Below are positions 58,423-64,000 of a stretch of 64,000 nucleotides of DNA, in pieces. The stretch comes from Candidatus Poribacteria bacterium (GTDB lineage Bacteria; Poribacteria; WGA-4E; PCPOR2b). The notes under the pieces are model-generated. The model did no database searches, had not been told where the DNA came from, and saw nothing but the letters and a program-made list of their open reading frames with translations. The first letter of the stretch is position 1, and every line of letters begins with the position of its first letter. Where the stretch lies: contig OZ244042.1 of assembly GCA_965215015.1 (NCBI GenBank), positions 2,624,001 to 2,688,000 of the forward strand. Reading direction: 5' to 3'. A program made the translations under genes and the position numbers.

Positions 58423-59298
58423 TCAAACAGTGCTCGAATCAAACAGAAACGGTTTATCGCCACAGATTGTTGTTCTGTGCATGTGCCGCTGCGTGTCTTC
58501 CCCATAATCCCGAATGGCATGATGAATCGTGCAGCGGTTGTCCCAGAAAACCAAATCGTTCACCTGCCACCGGTGCCGATAGATGAAGGCGGGTTGAGTA
58601 ATATGCTGGAAGAGATACTCCAACAGCGGCTCGCTCTCTTCCTCCGTCATATCGACAAAACGCGATGTAAAGCCGGGGTTGATGAATAATGCTTTACGGC
58701 CGGTTGTTGGATGGGTGCGGACCACCGGATGCTCAACAGGCGGTGTCTTTTTTCTCGCCGATTCATTGAGCCGTGCGGTCGACCCTCTCTTTGAGAAAAA
58801 GCGTTTATCCGCATGACCAAAATCGTGAACCGCCCCAAGCTGTGCTAGCAGCCGTTGCAACCCCGCCGAAAGCGTCTCATACGCCAGATACATGTTGGCG
58901 AACATCGTGTCCCCGCCTATCTCAGGGATTTGCAGCGCATACATCATTGATCCCATCGCTGGCACTGTCATATAGCTCAGATCCGAATGCCAATAGGTGC
59001 CGGCGTATGCCCTGCCCTTTGGCTTTCCATCTTTGACCACATTGGAAATCACATAGATTTCCGGGTAACCTTCCAGTAACGCCTCAGAGATGACATGCGT
59101 CTCAAGGGACCCGAACCGACGACTGAATCCAATGTGCTGCGCTGGCGTCAGATGCTGATCACGGAAGACAAGTACCCCATGTTCGGCAATCGCCTGTTCA
59201 AGCATTCCAAAAATATCCGGGGATACGGGAATCGAAAGATTGATACCTTTTACTACGGCACCCACCGCCGGCGACACCCTTTGGATTGAAATTGACAT
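58423..59298 (-). CDS. TauD/TfdA-family 2OG dioxygenase
   Basis: WHSD, GGDT, HPVVRTHP.TGR, WDNR..H. Confidence 0.94.
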   Translation of the reverse strand: MSISIQRVSPAVGAVVKGINLSIPVSPDIFGMLEQAIAEHGVLVFRDQHLTPAQHIGFSRRFGSLETHVISEALLEGYPEIYVISNVVKDGKPKGRAYAGTYWHSDLSYMTVPAMGSMMYALQIPEIGGDTMFANMYLAYETLSAGLQRLLAQLGAVHDFGHADKRFFSKRGSTARLNESARKKTPPVEHPVVRTHPTTGRKALFINPGFTSRFVDMTEEESEPLLEYLFQHITQPAFIYRHRWQVNDLVFWDNRCTIHHAIRDYGEDTQRHMHRTTICGDKPFLFDSSTV

Positions 59299-59353
59299 TT
59301 GTGCCCCTCCTTCCCTCAACAAAAATGTGGATGTGATGTGCCATTGTGTGGCT

Positions 59354-60520
59354 TCAAACCCATTCGGTATCCTGCTTGGACTGCCATGTTGCGTTACGGC
59401 TATAGCCCTCTGCCTCACGTCGCACTACGGGTGGATTTGCCCGCAACACTTCCTCGTCCATTTCAATCCCGATGCCGGGAGCAGCTGGGATGTCAAAATA
59501 TCCCTCCTTCTGGCGAGGAAATTCACCGATGACGACCTGATCAAACCATGGTGCATGACCACCCTCTTGAATCATGAAGTTCGTTGTACAGACATCGACT
59601 TGTAATGCCGCCATTGTGTTGACCGGACCGTAGGGATTGTGAGGCTGAAAACCGACATAGTACGCCTCCGCCATCGCGGCAATCTTCTTCAGTTCCGAAA
59701 TCCCACCCGCGTGGCAAACATCCGGCTGAATCAGTGCCACAACCTGTTTTTCAAGGAGCTCAACAAATCCCCACTTGGTGTAGAGTCTTTCCCCAGTTGC
59801 GAGCGGTATATTCACAGCTTCCGCCACCTTCACCATGGCATCAACATTTTGGGGCGGGACCGGTTCTTCGTAGACGTACGGTCGAAATTCCTCCAACGCA
59901 TTGCCGATTCGGATTGCCGACGACGGTGACAATCTCCCGTGCACTTCGACCAACAACTCCACATCGTCTCCAACCGCCTCCCGTACTGCTTTTACCTTAG
60001 CGATAGCATCCCGCTCCGCTTCCGCGGTGATGAACAATCCTTGGTGACCAAAGGGGTCCCCCTTTAACGCGGTCAGGCCCGTATCAACTTGGCGTCGGGC
60101 ATGCTCAACGGCAAGCTCAGGCGTTTCGCCATCGAAGCGCCCATATGTCCAGATTCGATCGCGCATTTGCCCGCCCAACAGTTGCCATACCGGCGCGTTA
60201 AATGCCTTGCCTTTGATATCCCAGAGCGCAATTTCTATTCCACTGATCGCCGCCATCTGGATTACACCACCGCGCACATTATGATAGAGATGATAGAGCC
60301 GTTGCCAGTGTTCCTCAATCCGAAACGGATCTTTGCCAACCAACGTCGCTCCAATTTCTTCTATAACGTGCGCGACAGATAAGGGACCACATGTTGACTC
60401 GCCCCAGCCAACGATGCCCTCATCCGTCGAAATTTTGACGTAAACGTAATTATTTCGCCCCCCTCGCCTATTGGATACTGGCGGAGCACTGGGAATTGCT
60501 TCAACTTTCGTAATTTTCAT
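59354..60520 (-). CDS. Galactonate dehydratase (DgoD)-like enzyme
   Basis: GWGE, KGD, EVHGR, EEP, TGER, QPD, PHNPYGP. Confidence 0.88.
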   Translation of the reverse strand: MKITKVEAIPSAPPVSNRRGGRNNYVYVKISTDEGIVGWGESTCGPLSVAHVIEEIGATLVGKDPFRIEEHWQRLYHLYHNVRGGVIQMAAISGIEIALWDIKGKAFNAPVWQLLGGQMRDRIWTYGRFDGETPELAVEHARRQVDTGLTALKGDPFGHQGLFITAEAERDAIAKVKAVREAVGDDVELLVEVHGRLSPSSAIRIGNALEEFRPYVYEEPVPPQNVDAMVKVAEAVNIPLATGERLYTKWGFVELLEKQVVALIQPDVCHAGGISELKKIAAMAEAYYVGFQPHNPYGPVNTMAALQVDVCTTNFMIQEGGHAPWFDQVVIGEFPRQKEGYFDIPAAPGIGIEMDEEVLRANPPVVRREAEGYSRNATWQSKQDTEWV

Positions 60521-60640
60521 CCGATAAACCTCCTTGTGTAGAATTTGCGGGGCAACCAGAAAACAGGAAATTGCACGCAATGGCGCAAGGTCTTTCTTAT
60601 ATTCATAGCGTCTTAGCGTTTTATTTTTTTTCTCGCTTTC

Positions 60641-61570
60641 TCACGTCAGTTGTGACCACCCATCGTCCACTGCTTCAAAGCGGCGGTGCAATGCTTTAAC
60701 AGTCTCCGTGGGAATCGGTAGCTGTCGCGTTACCATCTCGATATTTGATAAAAGATGCGAGGGATTGTGAGTTCCTACGATAATCGTATCAACTTCCGGC
60801 TGGGCGAGTACAAATCCTAATGCCAGCAGGATGGGATTTTCAGGTGCTTGTGGCAGGGGTCCCATTCCCTCTATAATCTGTGCCCGCCGAAAGTATTCAT
60901 CCGCATACGGGTAAGGGCTATGCGCTTTGCCCCACGCGCCATTGGCAACAGGCCGTTTGATAATGACCCCCATCCCCTGCGCCTCCGCTAACTCGAACAG
61001 TCCTTTGGTACGAGCCCGCTGCTCGACAAGATTAAAGCTAGTTTGAAGTGTATCAAACAATCCACTTTCTACCGCCCAGCGGGCCGCCGCGTTATCTCCG
61101 CTGTAGCCGATGAAACGGGTTTTGCCCGCATCCCTTGCTTTCACGAGTGCTTCGATAACCCCGCTGTGTTCCAGTATATCCACATCACAGGAGTGGAGTT
61201 GGACCACGTCCAGGTAGTCTGTCTGCAGCCGCCGCAAACTACGATTAATACTTTCGGAGACCGCCGGCCCTGTCCACGATTTGTGTTCCGTCCACGGTAT
61301 ACCCCTATCTCCATCATCTGTGGTGTGGCCACACTTCGTCGCCAAGATGTATTCATCCCGCCGGTGAGCGACGGTCGCACCGATTACCTCCTCGGTTCTG
61401 CCATAACAGGCAGCAGTGTCGAGGAAATTGATGCCCCCATCGAGGGCAGCGTTGAGCACCCGGTCCGCCTCTGCAACGATCTTAGATCTCTCTTGGCGGG
61501 AAATCTCCGCGAGCCCCAGACCAAGGCGCGTGATTTTGAGACCTGTTTTGCCGAAATCTGTCGTTTCCAT
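60641..61570 (-). CDS. Aldo/keto reductase
   Basis: DTAACY, ATK, SLRRLQTDYLD, QLH. Confidence 0.93.
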   Translation of the reverse strand: METTDFGKTGLKITRLGLGLAEISRQERSKIVAEADRVLNAALDGGINFLDTAACYGRTEEVIGATVAHRRDEYILATKCGHTTDDGDRGIPWTEHKSWTGPAVSESINRSLRRLQTDYLDVVQLHSCDVDILEHSGVIEALVKARDAGKTRFIGYSGDNAAARWAVESGLFDTLQTSFNLVEQRARTKGLFELAEAQGMGVIIKRPVANGAWGKAHSPYPYADEYFRRAQIIEGMGPLPQAPENPILLALGFVLAQPEVDTIIVGTHNPSHLLSNIEMVTRQLPIPTETVKALHRRFEAVDDGWSQLT

Positions 61571-61624
61571 ATCTCCCTCCTTATATTGTGTGGAACTGTA
61601 GGGAACGCAGATCTGCGTTCCCTG

Positions 61625-62578
61625 CTAAAATCCCGATTGTTTATCGCACACGTAGAGGAACGGTTCACCTGCAAGAAATCGCCGGAGGTTCTCCTTAAAA
61701 ATCTGCCGTCGTCCCTCCCACATTTCAGCGGTCAAGGCTGAAGCGTGAGGCGATAGGATAACGTTGTCTATATCCCATAAGGGACTATCGGCGGGCAACG
61801 GCTCTATATCCATGACATCCAACCCGGCACCAGCGATGCGGCCGGAACGCAACCCATCTATCAACGCCTCCTCGTCCAAGATGCCCCCTCGTGAAATGGC
61901 TATGACGTGCGCCCCCGGCTTGAGCAGTTCAATTCGTCGCCGATCAATCAGTCCCTGTGTTTCTGACGTGAACGGTGCGGTGATGACAAACCAGTCGGAT
62001 ATCTGGAGTAATTCATCCAGTCTGTCAAGCCCCCAAACCGCTTTCACTTCGGGAGGCGTTGGCATTGACTGAACGTCAACGGCATAGACTTCCATATCGA
62101 AGCCGTAGCCTCGCCGTGCGACCGCCATACCAATACCGCCGAGCGCGAGGATGCCCAAAGTGCTTCCGGCGAGTTCTAAAACCCGTTCATCATATTTACT
62201 AGTATCCCAATGATGCGCTCTCTGGTCTTCCCACTGTTCACGCAGGCAGTGGGCAAAGGTTAATATCATACCAAACGCATGGTCGGCCATCGGATTGGCG
62301 TGCGGCCCCCGTGCGTTGGTCAAGATAACATCACTGTCTCTTACTTCAGGTATAGATACAATCCGATCAATACCGGTTCCCGGGCACTGAATCCACAGGA
62401 GCCTTTGAGCCGCGAGAAAAACCTCGCGTGACGGTTCACCACAATACACATCCGCATCCCGAATGAGTTCTACCTCCTCTTCTGGGGTTGCTGCTCGGTG
62501 AAAGGTTACGTCCGGAAAAGCGGTGCGAAGTTCGTCCACAAACTGATCTGTTGCTCGACCAGCCATTACAATTTTCAT
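61625..62578 (-). CDS. D-2-hydroxyacid dehydrogenase
   Basis: LGGIG, ISRG, GLDV..EPLP, SPH. Confidence 0.92.
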   Translation of the reverse strand: MKIVMAGRATDQFVDELRTAFPDVTFHRAATPEEEVELIRDADVYCGEPSREVFLAAQRLLWIQCPGTGIDRIVSIPEVRDSDVILTNARGPHANPMADHAFGMILTFAHCLREQWEDQRAHHWDTSKYDERVLELAGSTLGILALGGIGMAVARRGYGFDMEVYAVDVQSMPTPPEVKAVWGLDRLDELLQISDWFVITAPFTSETQGLIDRRRIELLKPGAHVIAISRGGILDEEALIDGLRSGRIAGAGLDVMDIEPLPADSPLWDIDNVILSPHASALTAEMWEGRRQIFKENLRRFLAGEPFLYVCDKQSGF

Positions 62579-62942
62579 CCGTTCTTACCTCTATTCTAAA
62601 AGATTTTGCGTTGAACATAGCTATTTCAACATTTCATATTAAGAGCGTTGTACGGCCTAACACTGGTAGGGAGTCAATTATCGATTTAATTTTTCGGAGA
62701 CATATTACTCGACTTTGCACCATATTCTAACACAAATTTTCGTTGTCTCAACATCAAAAAATGGAGATTAAGAGAAAATTAGGGCGGAGCCCAGATTCGG
62801 TTGAACCTGAGTGAAAGATTGGCGTCTTAAATCATATTCACCCTAACTCCTTTCTATTCTGTTTTGTGCAACGAAATTGAAGATAAATCATGGATGACAA
62901 TAGAAATTTCATCTCAAAACCCTGATATAAGGAGAAACTACA

Positions 62943-64000
62943 ATGCGTATCACTAGTGTAGATCCCTTTATTGTGAGAGCACCAACTGAAGGACGAGAAG
63001 GCCCTACAACAGGGGACTGGACTGTCGTCCTCGTCCATACAGACACAGGCTTAACCGGTATCGGGCGTGGCGGAAGTATCGAAATAATCTCCCAAGAACT
63101 AGCACCTGTGCTTGTCGGGCAGGATCCACGACGGATAGCACTGCTTTGGGAGCAGATGTACGAAACAGCATGGCGGTTCGGCGGCCCCGGTCGTGCCGCA
63201 ATGCCGTCCGTTGGGGCACTTGACGTTGCCCTGTGGGATATTTACGGGAAGGCTTGTGGTCAACCTGTGTGGCGACTCTTGGGTGGCTATCGGGACAAAG
63301 TTCGCGCTTACGCCGATGGCTCCGGGTACGTTGCAGAGGCAGATCAATCCTCTGAAGCAATAGCTGCTCTGGTCAAGAAGCACGCCGACCTCGGTTACGA
63401 TGCAATGAAAATACACATGTACGAAGCCAGAAGCCCAGAGGAAATTGTGGAGCGGGTGCGGTGTGCGCGGGAGCTAATTGGTATGGAAAAGAAGTTGATG
63501 GTAGATTTGCACCGTGCCTGGGAGGGAAAGACGGCGGTAGAAATCGCTCGGCAGCTTGAACCCTACAACCTCTACTGGATAGAGGAACCGGTGCGCAGCG
63601 ACGATGAGGCAACCTATCTGCGTATGGTGCAGGACGCAACCAGTGCCATTGTTGCCGGTGGTGAGAGCGAAGGAACCCTTTACGGCATCAGGCAATTCAT
63701 CACGGAAGGTGCCCTCCAACTGATACAAACGGATATCTTAATAGGAGGCGGTTTCACCGGATTGATGCGTATTGCGGCATTATGCCATGCGTATCACCTG
63801 CCCGTCGCCCCTCATGGCGCACAGTTTCCGGACATCAACTGCCATCTAGCCGCAGCAGTGCCTAATGGCTTAATCGTTTCCGCCTACCCTGACTGTGAAC
63901 CCAACGAGATCTGGTCGAAGCTGTATGATCCACCTTTTCAGATAGTTGACGGACACATCACCATGACCGAGCAGCCGGGACTGGGACTAACGCTAAACGA
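62943..64000 (+). CDS. Mandelate racemase/muconate lactonizing family enzyme, 3'-truncated by window edge (absent from the ORF track)
   Basis: GGAG RBS; MRITSVDPF..TDTGLTGIG..DVALWDIYGKACGQPVWRLLGG..WIEEP..PGLG. Confidence 0.9.
   Translation, partial: MRITSVDPFIVRAPTEGREGPTTGDWTVVLVHTDTGLTGIGRGGSIEIISQELAPVLVGQDPRRIALLWEQMYETAWRFGGPGRAAMPSVGALDVALWDIYGKACGQPVWRLLGGYRDKVRAYADGSGYVAEADQSSEAIAALVKKHADLGYDAMKIHMYEARSPEEIVERVRCARELIGMEKKLMVDLHRAWEGKTAVEIARQLEPYNLYWIEEPVRSDDEATYLRMVQDATSAIVAGGESEGTLYGIRQFITEGALQLIQTDILIGGGFTGLMRIAALCHAYHLPVAPHGAQFPDINCHLAAAVPNGLIVSAYPDCEPNEIWSKLYDPPFQIVDGHITMTEQPGLGLTLN

Overview
Bacterial chromosomal window of about 50 genes. It is dominated by small-molecule catabolism: six enolase-superfamily dehydratases, four Gfo/Idh/MocA oxidoreductases, LLM monooxygenase plus flavin reductase, PhyH and TauD dioxygenases, FAH, SDR, AKR, a haloacetate dehalogenase and a Na+/solute symporter. 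It also holds TPR proteins, glpK with a two-component pair, and ppx. This content, with very repeat-rich intergenic DNA, suggests a Ca. Poribacteria-like organism (inference). The main accessory region is a minus-strand defence island at about 35.1-45.9 kb: HEPN-DUF499 ATPase, ABC-type ATPase, small PD-(D/E)xK-like protein, DUF1156 DNA methyltransferase, Fic and GIY-YIG. It lacks the SNF2 helicase-nuclease usually found with DUF499/DUF1156. It also carries a duplicated 76-bp operator-like array, a duplicated methylase 3' end and inverted REP clusters bracketing its four-gene core. Other notable features are a tnpB relic that keeps its IS200/IS605 right end and putative omegaRNA region next to a broken TPR gene, a 101-bp tandem REP array, a dispersed structured non-coding element, and an orphan methyltransferase with only the apparent last codons of its endonuclease. 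No rRNA, tRNA or CRISPR array was seen. All calls come from motif recognition by eye, with no database searches.
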